Position numbers and translations under genes: made by a program. A model generated the notes under the pieces. It had not been told where the DNA came from, ran no database searches, and saw only the letters and a program-made list of their open reading frames with translations. Below are positions 24,756 to 37,154 of a DNA stretch of 62,628 nucleotides, piece after piece. The first letter of the stretch is position 1, and each line of letters opens with the position of its first letter. Origin of the DNA: Chiloscyllium plagiosum (Eukaryota); assembly GCF_004010195.1 (NCBI RefSeq), contig NC_057718.1, forward strand, positions 66,750,590-66,813,217. The letters run 5' to 3'.

Positions 24756-25799
24756 TACATTATATTGTCTCTTCTAAGTTTTGTAATTTTATCCAACTGT
24801 ATAAATTCTCACCCCTTATAATTCCCCTTTTCCTGACTCTGTTCCAATACTGAGCATTCCTCCCTGCCTTCACTTCCACCATTAGAGGTATTCATCTGCT
24901 AGCTGTCTTCAGCTACCTAGTTCACAGCCTCTGGAATGGCCACCCTGAACTACTCCATTTCGTTTAGACCATCCTTAAAATATAACTGTTTGATATGGAT
25001 TGTTGAGATCTAACAATGTTTGTTTTTTCATAAATTAGCAGTACTAGGCATGGAAAGTTAGAAGCAGGTTAAATATAACAAAGACATTTCTCAAAATCAC
25101 ATGTTAATTTTTAAAGATTTAGGATTTCTGAGAATTTGTTGCTGGATGAAGTAGGACACATATACATGGGTAATGTTGTAGTTGTGAAATGTACTGGTGC
25201 CCTCTCCTGGTATAATGTTGTATAGAGATTTCATATTCATCTAACCAGCCTGCTGAATTGGGCATGGTAACACAATGGTTAAGTTACTAAACTAGCTACT
25301 TACCTTCTTGTGTAACTACACCCACTTTCCCACCTGCTCCCCATAATTTCTTGATAACACGAGACATCAAAAGTCTATTAATTCCAACATTGACATATCT
25401 ACTGATAGTGCATTCACAACATTGTGTTAGGTGACAGAAGAACTTGTTTCATCGGCATTCTATCCACCACCTTAAACATTCATTCCTATTACTACTGGCA
25501 CATAGTGGCAGCAGTGATTACTATCTATACAATGCACTGCTACAACACAAAATGCTCCTTTGGCAGCACCTTTCATATTCGTGTCCTCTGATTAGATGAA
25601 CAAATACAGCATATCCATGGAAATACCACAAGTTGTAAGTCCTCCCCAAGGCAAAACACCACTTGATAGAGTGGTGTTTCTTCATTGTGACTGTGTCAAT
25701 ATTCTGTAACTCCATCCCTTACAACACTGTGGGTATACTTACACCTATGGAATGCAGTAGTTCAATAAACTTGCCACCCCCTTTTCAAGGGATATTAGA

Positions 25800-25922
25800 G
25801 ATGAAGGGCTTAGGCCCGAAACGTTGATTCTCATGCTCTTCGGATGCTGCTTGATCTGCTGTGCTTTTCCAGCACCACACTCTCAACTCTGATCTCCAGC
25901 ATCTGCAGTCCTTACTTTCTAC
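25800..25922 (+). mobile_element. Solo Penelope family A terminal repeat with 5'-clipped hammerhead
   Basis: gatgaagggcttaggcccgaaacgttgattctc...ctgatctccagcatctgcagtcc; flanks share atattag(a/g)gatg. Confidence 0.75.
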
Positions 25923-26312
25923 TAAATATTAGGGATGGGCTAAATATGGACATTAAATATTGGGTTTCTGAGTTACACTTACACCTTATGCAGGAACAAA
26001 ATAATGCAGCTAATGGCATGAGAAACCATCAGTGTATGCAAAGTCTCATTTTTTTTATATTGCTTCTCACTGGCAAATGGGAACAGAATGGGAGGTAATG
26101 GTGTAGTGGTAAGGTCACTAGACTTGGAATTCAAGATACTGGTCTGTTCTGGGCATGTGTTCAAATCCATAATGGCAAATAGTGAGTGCTGAATTCAAAA
26201 ACAAATCTACTCAAATTGTAACCACCGTTAATTTTTGTTGAAAACTTATCTGGTTCCTTTAGGAAATGAAATTTGCCATCCTTTCCTGGTCTAGCCTGCC
26301 TATCACTTCATA

Positions 26313-26429
26313 ATGTGGAGGAGCCGGTGTTGGACTGGGGTGGACAAAGTTAAAAATCACACAACACCGGTTAGTACTTCCAAATAAACCTGGTGGGCTA
26401 TGACCTAGTGCTGTGTGATTTTTAACTTT
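26313..26429. mobile_element. Short family B fold-back insertion
   Basis: Inverted aaagttaaaaatcacac / gtgtgatttttaacttt; perfect 12-bp TSD tatcacttcata (26301-26312, 26430-26441). Confidence 0.85.
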
Positions 26430-27431
26430 TATCACTTCATACTCACAGCAATGTGTCTCTTAGCTAGGTAATTGGGAATGGACAATAAATGCTGCTCGAG
26501 CCAGTGACACTGGACATCACGTAAACAAATAAAAAACACAATATTGGTGTTTTTTTTTTAAATATAGGGAATCTTGATGACCTCCTTTACTCAGTAGAGT
26601 ACTGCGCTTTTTGAGGCATTACTTGTATCTCATGCTACAGCCTGAAGTGAGCCAGCAGCATGTAGATTTCAGGGAGCATCTTCTTGGCGAAGTAAAAGCA
26701 GCTTTCCTAACTTTAGCTCAGGTACAAGAATTGCTCCCGACGATTCTCTTTAGTATGAACTCCTGATCCTCCTCCTACCAATTCTGGGTCATTGCCTTGC
26801 TCTTCAGCAACTCACTTCATTTCCTATACTGAGTAGAAGTCATAAATTGACTCCTATATCTGAAAGCACCTTTTTCGTGTAAAACTAACTCAGCAAATAA
26901 CTTACAGGTAATGCATAATCATTTTAATTAGTGTTGGTGGATGAGTGGGAGGTGTGGTATTCATACCATTTAGTATCGTGATCTTCAAATAGACTTAAAT
27001 GATAATATTTCGCACTTATTAGCTTCCTTATTATTTCAGAAATCTGTCCTGAATACAATTCAGAAGGCCATTGCCCCAAGGACTTGAGCTTTTTTGTATT
27101 ATCCAATCAGCTGATGAGTCAGTATTCCTTCAAGATGAACACCAGTTAAAAGCAGGACTAGTCAGGACGAAGAGCAGGAGAAGCACACAATGTAGTCTTC
27201 ATGGGAGATCGCAATTTCCACAACAGAGTCTCTCAGTAGCCTAAATACTGATTGAGCCAGCCATGGATTGAAAGACTTTTCATAGAATCATAAAATACCT
27301 ACAGAGGCAATTTTTGATTTGATTGATTTGTTATTGTCACATGGACGTAGGTACAATGAAAAGTTTTTTTTGTGTGCAGTATGGGCAGGTCATTCCATAC
27401 AAATTGCATTAGGAATGTGCAAGTTAGATGG

Positions 27432-27659
27432 CCATGATATGGAGGTGCTGGTGTTGGACTGGAGTGGACAAAGTTAAAAATCACTCAACACTAGCTTTTG
27501 CGATAAGTTCTGTGTCTTATGCTCCTGCTCCATAGCTAACTGATGAAGAAACTGCACTCTGAAAACTAGTACTTCCAAATAAACCTGTTGGACTGTAACC
27601 TAGTATTGTATGATTTTTAATTGTCCACCCCAGTCCAACAGCAGCACCTCACATCATGG
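27432..27659. mobile_element. Family B fold-back insertion with decayed hammerhead
   Basis: Arms 27432-27494 and 27600-27659; CTGATGA 27540-27546 followed by GAAA at 27561. Confidence 0.8.
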
Positions 27660-27880
27660 CCACCTAATTTGCACATCCCTAAACACTACAGGGCAATTTA
27701 GCATAGCCGATTCGCCTAACCTGCATATCTTTGGACTATGGGAGGAAATTGGAGGTAACCCATGCAGATATGAGGAGAATGTGTGAACTCTACACATTCA
27801 GCCACCAAGACTGGAATTGAATCTGGGTTCTTGGCACTGTGAGGCAGCAATGCTAATAACTGAGCGACTGTGTTGCCTTT
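27660..27880 (-). mobile_element. HE1-type SINE (older)
   Basis: Reverse complement of HE1 head and core. Confidence 0.8.
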
Positions 27881-28221
27881 TCTGCCAGACATGGTCTATG
27901 GCGAATGGTGACAAAAACAATAAGAGGGAATAACCTACTTGGTTTTTCAATCTCTAATTGACCTGTTGTAGTTGCATCTGTCCATGACAGTAATGGTAGA
28001 AATCACTATCATATAGTGTTTGTTGAACCAGAATCCCATCTTTACACTGAGGGCACCATGCAGTATGCTACGACCACCTTTCTTAATGGGATAGAATCAT
28101 AACAGATGCAACAACTCAAAACAGGGAAATCGTGGGGTCCTTTAGGCTATCACCAGCAGCAGAATTGTTTTCAAACATAATTCATAATCTTAGCATACCT
28201 TACACTCTATCATCCTATTGG

Positions 28222-28721
28222 AATCATGTTGTGAAACTTGAATGGGTTCAGAAAAGATTTGCAGGGATGTTGCCAGGATTGGAGGATTTGAGCTATATGG
28301 AGAGGCTGAATAGGCTGGGGCTATTTTCCCTGGAGTATCGGAGGCTAAGGGGTGACCTTATAGAGGTTTATAAAATCATGAGGGGCATGGAAAGGATAAA
28401 TAGACAAAGTCTTTTCCCTGGGGTGGGGGGTGTCCAGAACTAGAGGTTTAGGGTGAGAGGGGAAAGATATAAAACAGCCCTAAGGGGCAATGTTTTTCAC
28501 ACACAGGGTGGTGCATGCATGGAATGAGCTGCCAGAGGAAATGGAGGCTGGTACAGTTGCAGCATTTTAAAGGCATCTGGATGGGTATAGGAAGGGTTTA
28601 GAGGGATAAGGCCAAGTGCTGGAAAATGGGACGAGATTAGGTTAGGATGTCTGGTCAGAACGTATGAGTTGGACCGAAGGGTCTGTTTCTGTGCTGTACT
28701 TCTCCATGACTCTATTACTCT
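28222..28721 (+). mobile_element. CR1 LINE 3' fragment
   Basis: [20 protein letters not shown]...[13 protein letters not shown] plus tail. Confidence 0.9.
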
Positions 28722-29142
28722 AAGTTGGGGGAATAGTCCTCATTTAATGAGGAGTGCAAGACAGTACCACTTCCTCCGGCAATTCATTCCACACATGAAC
28801 CACTCTCTGTCTAAAAATGTCCTTTTTAAAATTTTCTCTCATCACATTAAAAATATGCGCCCTAGTTTTGAAAACCCATCCGAGGAAAATGAACCTTATA
28901 ATTCACCTTATCTGTGTCCCTCATGATTTTACAAACCCCTATAAACGTCACATCTCAAACCTCTATGCACCAGTGATAAAAGTACCAGCCCATCCAGCAT
29001 ACTTTTTAAATTCAAACCCTCCAGAACTAATCTCTTTTAGCAAAGCTGTTCCATTAAGCTACAACACTGGTATCTTCTCCACAAAATGTATTCAATTGTC
29101 CAACGAATTTCTGTCCACAAAACCAATTTAGCTAATTACTGC

Positions 29143-29863
29143 TGTTATGACATGGGATAAACCCCTCTGTTAATTTAAACCCATCACACAGAAAAGATTC
29201 ACCCTGGGCTCTAATCTGTGAAAATTCGAGAGGCAAAGAATTATCCCAAAAGTCACTATTTAAAGTAAAAATTAACAAGTTTATTTTTTGTTTTAAAGGT
29301 CTGACAGAGAATAATTAATTAACAACTATTTCCAACTCATTTCCCCAACCTATCTTTTATTTTCCCTTCTACAATACTGGTCCATTAAAACCCCAGTTTA
29401 AGATTTACAAAAAAATTCCAATTTCAAAACTAACCAGCTGTCAAATCTTCTCTTTGTATCTTCCCCAGTCTTCTTTTCTTTGTCTTAGGGTTTCTATTTC
29501 ACAGGTTGTTGATAGATAAAGATATCTTTAAGATAGTTATTCTGCGGGCAGTCTACATATGTTGGTGGCTTGGCAGTTCTCCCCCAACTGTTCAATTTTT
29601 CCTGGTCTTATATCCCAAAGCATCAGATCGTTTCAATGGATTTAATGTTGTGAACATACCAAATTAAAACTTGATTGGAATTTAGTAACTTGGGGCATAA
29701 TTTAAACTGATTAGCTGAATTTGAATTTGTTTTTGTTTCATAGCAACCCAGGTACTGCTAGCTGCTGGACCAAATGTTACATTGTAAATCCTCCAGCACT
29801 CTATGTGCTTGATAAGTCCTTCAACTCTCTTAAAGATACTGTATCCCTTACACCTTCATAGCA
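29143..29863 (-). mobile_element. Solo LTR (about 721 bp) inserted in an old CR1/L2-group LINE
   Basis: TGTTATGA...TCATAGCA termini; ctgc/ctac 4-bp TSD-like flanks; minus-strand AATAAA near 29280; host LINE sequence resumes on both sides. Confidence 0.65.
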
Positions 29864-30461
29864 CTACCTCATAGTCTAATCTATATCATCAACAAAGTGA
29901 TGGAAGATGTCATTGACAGTGCCATTAACTGACACCTATCAGTTATACACTCACTGATGGTACTCAGTTTGATTTGGAGCATTCTGTTCCGGGCTTCAAA
30001 AAAGCCTAAGTTCAGACATAAACAGAAGGGCAGAATTTGCAAGGTGAAGTGAGAGTGACCGTTATTGGTCTCTAGGCAGAATTTAGTAATGCATAGCAAA
30101 GTCTTAAGTCAGTATGAATTTAAGTGAGTGGGGAGGCTCCAGTGGTACCTAGCACAAAGGAAGATTGTTGTGGTTGTTGGAGGCCAAACATCTCAGCCAC
30201 AATACATCTCCACAAGAGTTTCACAGGCCCTAACCTTCCCTCCATCATAAAGTTAAATGTGGCAATGTTCATTGATGGTAGTAGCATAGTTCAGTACCAT
30301 TCATGACCCCTCAACTATTGAAGCAGATGGAGGACAACATACACACTAGACTGGATAATATTTAGGTTTGGACTAATTAGTGATGTAAATGTTACTTGCT
30401 ATTAAGTGCCAAAATAGAGAATCTACTAACTCCTCTTGTTGTCGTATGTCATGAATATTTG

Positions 30462-30805
30462 ACTTGATTTGATTTGATTTGAATTATTATTGACACAGGT
30501 ACCTAAGTACAGTGAAATGTTTTGTTTTGCGTGCAGTACAGACAGATCATCACATACATAGATCATAGAGAGATTGAACAGAATGTGGAATACAAAGTTA
30601 TGGCTGCAAAGAAGGTGCACAAAAAGCAAAAACATCATTAGACTTTAAATTTAAGACATCCGTTCAGAAGTCTAATAACAGCTGCGACCAAGCTGTTCTT
30701 AAACCTGTTGGTACATGTGTTAAAGGTTTTGAATCTTCTGCTTGATAGAAGAGGTTAGAAGAGATTATAACTAGGGCTGGAGAGGTCTTTGATGGTGTTG
30801 GCTGC
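30462..30805 (-). mobile_element. Rex1/Babar-like LINE 3' end
   Basis: (aaatc)n tail on minus; related to 34305-35092 and 39325-39997. Confidence 0.7.
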
Positions 30806-31202
30806 TGCTGAGTTCCCTTTACCAGCATCTTGAGGATTACTATTGTCTAGAAATTTAACTGCACCAATTCTTGTGTCCACAAGAGTAGATAGAAGCTGGA
30901 TGAATTTCTGACTCACAATACCTATCTACCACCTGGAAAGCACAAGTAAGGAATGTGATAGAACACTCTTTCTAAATGAACAAGCTCTAACATTATGCAG
31001 GAGGTTTGACATGTTGTCACAAAGGTAATGTTATATTATTAACGCTATAGAGAAAACTAATCAATTTTTAAAATGGACACAATGAATCTCATAAACTGGC
31101 TCCCAGAAGTTACATGAATTCCTTTGTGGATTCAGATGTATTGGGACCAATTTGCATTGATGTCAAGAAATCACAACTGATTTTTTGAAATTCAACAAAT
31201 TG

Positions 31203-33004
31203 CACAAAACCATGCTGATTATTCTTAATCAATTTGTGCCTCTCTAAATGTCCATAAATTCTATCCTTGAAAATCACCTTCAATAGTTTATCCAAAGCCA
31301 AAGTCAGAATCACAGGCCCTAGTTTCTCCTTACAACCTTTCTTAAACAAATGTATAACATTAGCCACTCTCCAATCATCACACACCTCACACATAATTTT
31401 AGATGATGCAAATATTTCTTCAAGGGGCCTGATAATTTCCTCCCTTACTTCCCACAATGTCCTGGGATACATTAAATCAGGTCCTGGAGATTTATCCACT
31501 TTATATTCTCTAAGACCTCCTGAACTTTCTCTTCTGTAATGTGAACTGTTTTTAAAACATCCAAGTTTATTTCTCTGTATTCTCTAGACTTCTTTTCTTT
31601 CTCCCCAGTAAAAGCTGAAATGAAATATTCATTTAGTATCTCTCCCATCTCCTGGGGTTCAACAAAAAGATGACTTCCTTGATCTTTAAAAGGCCCTACC
31701 CTCATTCTAGTTACCAAATTCTTAAAGGTGATTATAAAAGATAGGATTTATGGACATTTAGAGAGGCAAAAATTGATTAGGGATAGTCAGTACTGTTTTG
31801 TCTGAGGAAAATGGTGTCTCACAAACTTGATTTGAGTTTTTTGAGAAAGTGATCAAAAAAGTTGATGATGGAAAAGTAGACACTGTTTATTTCGATTTTA
31901 GTAAAGCCTTTGATAAGATTCCACATGGTAGACTAACTAGTAAAGTTAGGTCACATGGGATTCGTAGTAGCTTGTTAATTGGATACATAAGTGGTTTAAC
32001 AGCAGGAGACAGAGTCATGGTGGAGGGTTGCTTTTCGGAATGGAGGCCTGTGACCAGCGGTGTTCTGCTGGGATTGGTTCTGGGTCCTCTTTTGTTTGTC
32101 ATTCGTATAAATGGTTTAGATGAGAATATAGAAGGTATGGTTCGTAAATTTGCGGATGACACCAAAACTGGCGGCATAGTAGACAGTGAAGAAGGTTGTC
32201 AATGGGTTAAAAAATGTCAGTTGAGGTTCAATCTGGATAAATGTGAGGTATTGTATTTTGGTACAACAAACAAGGCTTATACAATTAATGGTAGTGCCTT
32301 GGGTGTGTTGTACAGGGGGACCTAAGGGTGCAAGTACATAATTCTTTAAAGTTTGCGTCACATATGGACAGGATAGTTAACAAAGCATTTGGCTGTCAAC
32401 ACTCAGTCCAAAGAGTATAGGCTTTCAATGTTATGTTGAGTTTGTATAGGACATAAGTGAGGCCTGTTCTGGAATACTGTGTCTAGTTCCGGTCACCCAG
32501 TTATTGGAAGCATATTATTAAGCTGGAGAGGGTTCAGAAGAGGTTTACCAGGATGTTGCCAGGTATGGAGGTTTTGTGTTATAAAGAAAGGCTGGATAGG
32601 CTGGGACTATTTTCACTGGAGTGTAGAAGCATGAGAGGTGACCTGATAGAAGTTTATAAAATAATGAGAGGTATAGATAGATAGTTGGTAGTTGTCTTTT
32701 CCTAACATGGGGAATTTCAAGACCGAGGGCATATTTTTGAGGTGTGAAGAGAGAGATTTGAAAAAGACAAGTGGGGCAAATGTTTTTACACAGAGGGTAG
32801 TTCGCGTGTGGAATGAACTTCCTGAGGAAGTGGTGGATGTGGGTACAATTACAATGTTTAAAAGACATTTGGATGGGTACGTGAATAGGAAGGGTTGGAG
32901 GGATATGGGCTGGGAACAGGTGGAACTAGTTTAGTTTGGGATTATGTTTGACATGGACTGACCGGACCAAAGGGTCTTTTTCTGTGCTGAATGATTCTAT
33001 GACT
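31203..33004. mobile_element. CR1 LINE with inverted 5' segment (31203-31716 minus; 31717-33004 plus)
   Basis: Minus: DKSPGPD...WRVANV...QHGFV. Plus: [18 protein letters not shown], ctatgact tail. Confidence 0.85.
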
Positions 33005-34304
33005 AATTCCAAGGGTAGACAGACACTTTCTAACAATGACTTCAATGGAGGTGAAAATAGTTCTCCACATTTCATCAAAAGCCTGACATAATGAGAACCA
33101 TCCACATTAACAGCTGAGACAATTAAAAAATTAATTATTTTGGTGAAAGGCATTGACTGGATGGTCCCAGATCTAGTTCAGCCCAATGATTAACATGTTA
33201 GCATAATCTAACACATTTTTTTGGATAACAGCCATTTTAACTTTTGAACTGTATAATGTTTGGCTCTGAACAGTTATTTTGTGCAGAGATCATGACAGAA
33301 ACATTTTGTAACAATCACTGCTACACAGGAGAGTGATGGAGGAAAGTATCCAGGGTATGGAATTAAAAGTAATACTATAAATGCAAAACAAAGAACCCTT
33401 TAGTCACACCAAGGAATTGTTCTGTCCTGTTTCCACGTGGGAGAAAACTCCAAGTAATCAATTAGAGAAGCTGTCATGGCTACTGAATTCTGACAAGATC
33501 AGTAGACGCAAGGAAACATTACATCTTTCAACCTTTCCACTAAATCAATCTGACTTGGAATTTTTGCAGATCCTTCACAGTATATAGATCAGAAATCCAG
33601 ATCTCCCCTCCTTAGCAGCATTGTGTGTGTACAATGATTCAAGAAAGAGGTGCTCCACCATCTTTTTGAAGGCAATTAGGAATCAGCAACAAATGTTGGT
33701 CTTGCCAATAATGATTTCATTCCATGAAATTATTAATAAAAATGTTCAGGTAACCTGTCAACAAGGTACTGTAAGCAGATTAATGGAGAAAATAAAGGAT
33801 TATAGCATTGAGTGGGTGGATGTTAAGGTAGCAAATTGGGTTAATATTGGTTAGAATGGAGGATACAGTGAGTGTGTGTCAAGTGGCAGTTATTTGGGTC
33901 CATTTCAATATACGTCAGTGAAGAGAATCACAGAGTCACAGAGTCACAGAGTCATACAGCGCGGAAACAAACTCCTTGGTCCAGCCAGTCCATGCTGAAC
34001 ATGATCCCAATCTAAACTTGTTCTGCCAGCCTCCTCCCGGCCCATATCCCTCCAAACCTTTCCTATTCATGTACTTATCCAAATGACTTTTAAACATTAT
34101 AATGGTACCCACATTCCCCACTTCCTCTAGAAGTTCATTCTATACGCGAACCACCCTCTGCGTAAAATATTTGCCTCACATATCTTTTTTAAATCTCTCT
34201 CCTCACACCTTAAAATTGTGCCTCCAGTCCTGAAATCTCCCATCCCAGGGAAAAGACAACTAAAATTTAAATCCAACTATATCCATCATTATTTTATAGA
34301 CTTC

Positions 34305-35092
34305 TGTCTGGATATATCACTACCTGGTATGGCAACTGTACCATTCAAGTTCGGAGGTGGTTAGAGAATGTGGTGAACTCGGCCCGGGCAATCACAAAGG
34401 CCAACCTCCCATCTATAGAATCCATCTACCGGGCCCGCTGTCAAGGAAAGGCCACCAGCATTCTTAAAGATCCATCCCACCCTGGCAATCCTACCCTACA
34501 ACCTCTACCATCGGGAAGAATGTACAGAAGCCTGAACATACATTCCAGCCAGTTTCAAAACAGCTTCTACCTATTGTGGTTAGAATACTGAATGGACTCA
34601 CAAACTTTTAACATTCATCTGTACCTCTGATTTTGTTTTTGCTGCTGTTTACCTATTATTTACTTATCTATGCTACTTGATGTGGGCGGCATGGTGGCAC
34701 AGTGGTTAGCACTGCTGCCTCACAGCGCCTGAGGCCCGGGTTCAATTCCCGCCTCAGGCGACTGACTGTGTGGAGTTTGCACGTTCTCCCTGTGTCTGCG
34801 TGGGTTTCCTCCGGGTGCTCCGGTTTCCTCCCACCGTCCAAAGATGTGCAGGTCAGGTGAATTGGCCATGCTAAATTGGCCCAAGTGTTAGGTAAGGGGT
34901 AAATGTAGGGGTATGGGTGGGTTGCACTTCGGTGGGTCGGTGTGGACTTGTTGGGCCGAAGGGCCTGTTTCCACACTGTAATGTAATCTAATCTAAAAAT
35001 CTAATCTTAACTTTATGATCCGCCTGTATTGCTCACAAAACAAAGCTTTTCTCTGTGCCTCGGTACACATGACAATAAATTCAATTCAATTC
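34305..35092 (+). mobile_element. Rex1/Babar-like LINE 3' part
   Basis: WYGNC...VVNSARAIT..LPSIESIY..RC..KATSILKDPSHPG...LPSGRMYRS; (aattc)n tail. Confidence 0.8.
34683..35006 (+). mobile_element. HE1-type V-SINE, young
   Basis: Full head, core and tail; CpG-rich; (taatc)n tail; near-identical to the copies at 44883 and 52546. Confidence 0.95.
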
Positions 35093-36519
35093 AACCTCTA
35101 TCAGATCGTCTCTCAACCTCCTATGCTCCAGTGGAAAAATGTCCCAGCTTATCCAGCCTTTCTTCATAACTCAATCCTTCTATACCTGGCAACATCCTGG
35201 TAAATCTCTTTTGAACCCTCTCACAGCTTTATAATACTCTTCCTATAACTGGGCGACCAGAACTGAACACAATATTCCAGAACACACCTCACCAATGTCC
35301 TGCACAACCTCAACATGACTTCCCAAACTCAAAGGACTGAGCAATGAGGGCAGGCACGCCAAACGTCTTTTTGACCAACCTATCTATATGTGATACAAAC
35401 TTCAAAGAATTATGTACCTGCATCCTTCAGTCCCTGTGTTCTACAACACTACACAAGGCCCTACCCATTAATAGTATAAGCTCTAGCCTTGTTTGTTGTA
35501 CCAAAATGCAATATCTTGCATATATCCAGATTGAACTCCACCTGCCATTTTTCAGTCCAATTGCCCATTTGATCAAGATCCCTTTTAGATCTTACAAAAT
35601 TTACGATTTTTAGACCTACTTTACTGCCATCTCGCACAGAAACAGACCCTTTGCTAGACCAATCAGTGCTGACCAGACCTCCCAATATGTCTGGTAGGAC
35701 TGGAACTTTGCAGTTGATTTTAACGTAGGAGCTATAGTTAGATATTTTAAAACTCCTAAAGAAAGCTGCAAGGAGCTGTTGATAAGATGGTGATATAGAA
35801 ATATAGAAACCCTACAGCGTGGAAAGAGGCCGTTTGGCCCATTGAGTCCACATCAATGCTCCAAAGAGCATACCCATGCAGAACTAGCCCTTGCCCCCAC
35901 CCTATTTGCGAGACCCATCATTTACCATGGCTAATCCACTTAGCCTGCACATCCCTGGAAATTAATCATTTTGATTTAAAAAAGAAAACTGCATTTGCAT
36001 TTGAATGGAAACAGACTCATGGCTCATATTTTGCAACAAAAAGGTATTTGGAAATATGTGTTCACATGACAATGAAGGCACATCTCATCAGCTTGATAAT
36101 GCCGAATAAACAGGCTTTAGAAAATTGAAGAAAAGTATAAAACCTTAAGAGATCAGAGTATTTTGTGTTTTATTGGGTTTGATATTGGGTTTGATGCACT
36201 CGAATGACATATATGTTAAGAAATATAAATAATAAAGAAAGGCTTGAAAACTGATACATATTTTGTTTTGAACAATTCAGATTATGTGGCAAAATTATGT
36301 CAAAAATCCTAAACAAATACGTTCGGTTGTACATAATCATTTGATGTCAATTTGCTAATTATACAAAGATGTAAGCATCAGAATTAACAAGATTGAAAAT
36401 TCGCTCTTCAATTTAATAGTTTTGGAAGTTTGACAGCTTGTCCCAGTCATGTACCCATTTGGAGAGCTGTATATCTAACAACATAAGCATGAAGTGATAG
36501 ACAGCGATAAGTAAATCCA

Positions 36520-37152
36520 CAACAATGGATCATATCTAAGCTCTGTAGTCCTGCCACATCCAGTCATTAATATAGCTAGGACAATTAAACAACTCAGAGG
36601 AACAGGAAGCTCCACAAGCATCCTCATCTTCACTGATGGGGAAGCCCAGAATGTTAATGCAAAAGGTAAGGCTGAAGCATTTGCAGCACTGATCAGCTAG
36701 AAGTGCAGAGTGATTGATCCATTTTGGTCTCCTGCAAAGGTCTCCAGCATCACAGATGCCAGTCTTCAGAAAAATTGATTCACTCGATATGATATCAAGA
36801 AATGCTTGGGTACCGCAAGGTCTATGGGATCTGACAACATTCCGGTAATGGTACAGAAGGTATTTGCTCTGGAACTTGCTGCACTTCAAGCCAAGCTGTT
36901 CCAATGCAGCTTCAACACTGGCAGCAAACTAACATTGTTGAAAATTGCCAGATATATCTGTAAATAAAAAGCAGGACAAATCCAATCCAGCCAATTTCTG
37001 ATCCATCAGTTTACTGTTGATCATCCGTAAGTGGTTAGTAAGTTATTGAAAGTGTTATCAACAGTGCAATCAAGCTGCACTTGCTTAGCAACATGTTCAT
37101 TCACACTCAGTTTGGGTTCTGCCAGGATCACTTAGCTCTAGACCTCATTACA
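36520..37152 (+). mobile_element. Old CR1/L2-group LINE fragment (same family as about 29864-30420 and 25420-25795)
   Basis: Decayed pre-RT segment (kqdksnpan...pisll, qfgf) shared with the other copies. Confidence 0.55.
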
Positions 37153-37154
37153 GG

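Larger units (their letters stand above)
33925..35600 (-). mobile_element. CR1 LINE (minus) interrupted by a Rex1-like element that itself contains an HE1 SINE
   Basis: (agagtcac)n tail at 33925-33955; CR1 sequence resumes at about 35093. Confidence 0.85.

Noticed and set aside
26641..26721. 81-nt AG/GT-bounded open segment (PEVSQQHVDFREHLLGEVKAAFLTLAQ)
   Set aside because: Weak splice signals, no recognisable family and no partner exons.
34683..34760. tRNA genes
   Set aside because: These are tRNA-derived SINE heads followed by a V-core and LINE tail.
34668..34976. Recurrent ORF MWKQALRPNKSTPT… (also 44919 and 52569)
   Set aside because: Antisense reading of HE1 SINE copies, not a gene family.
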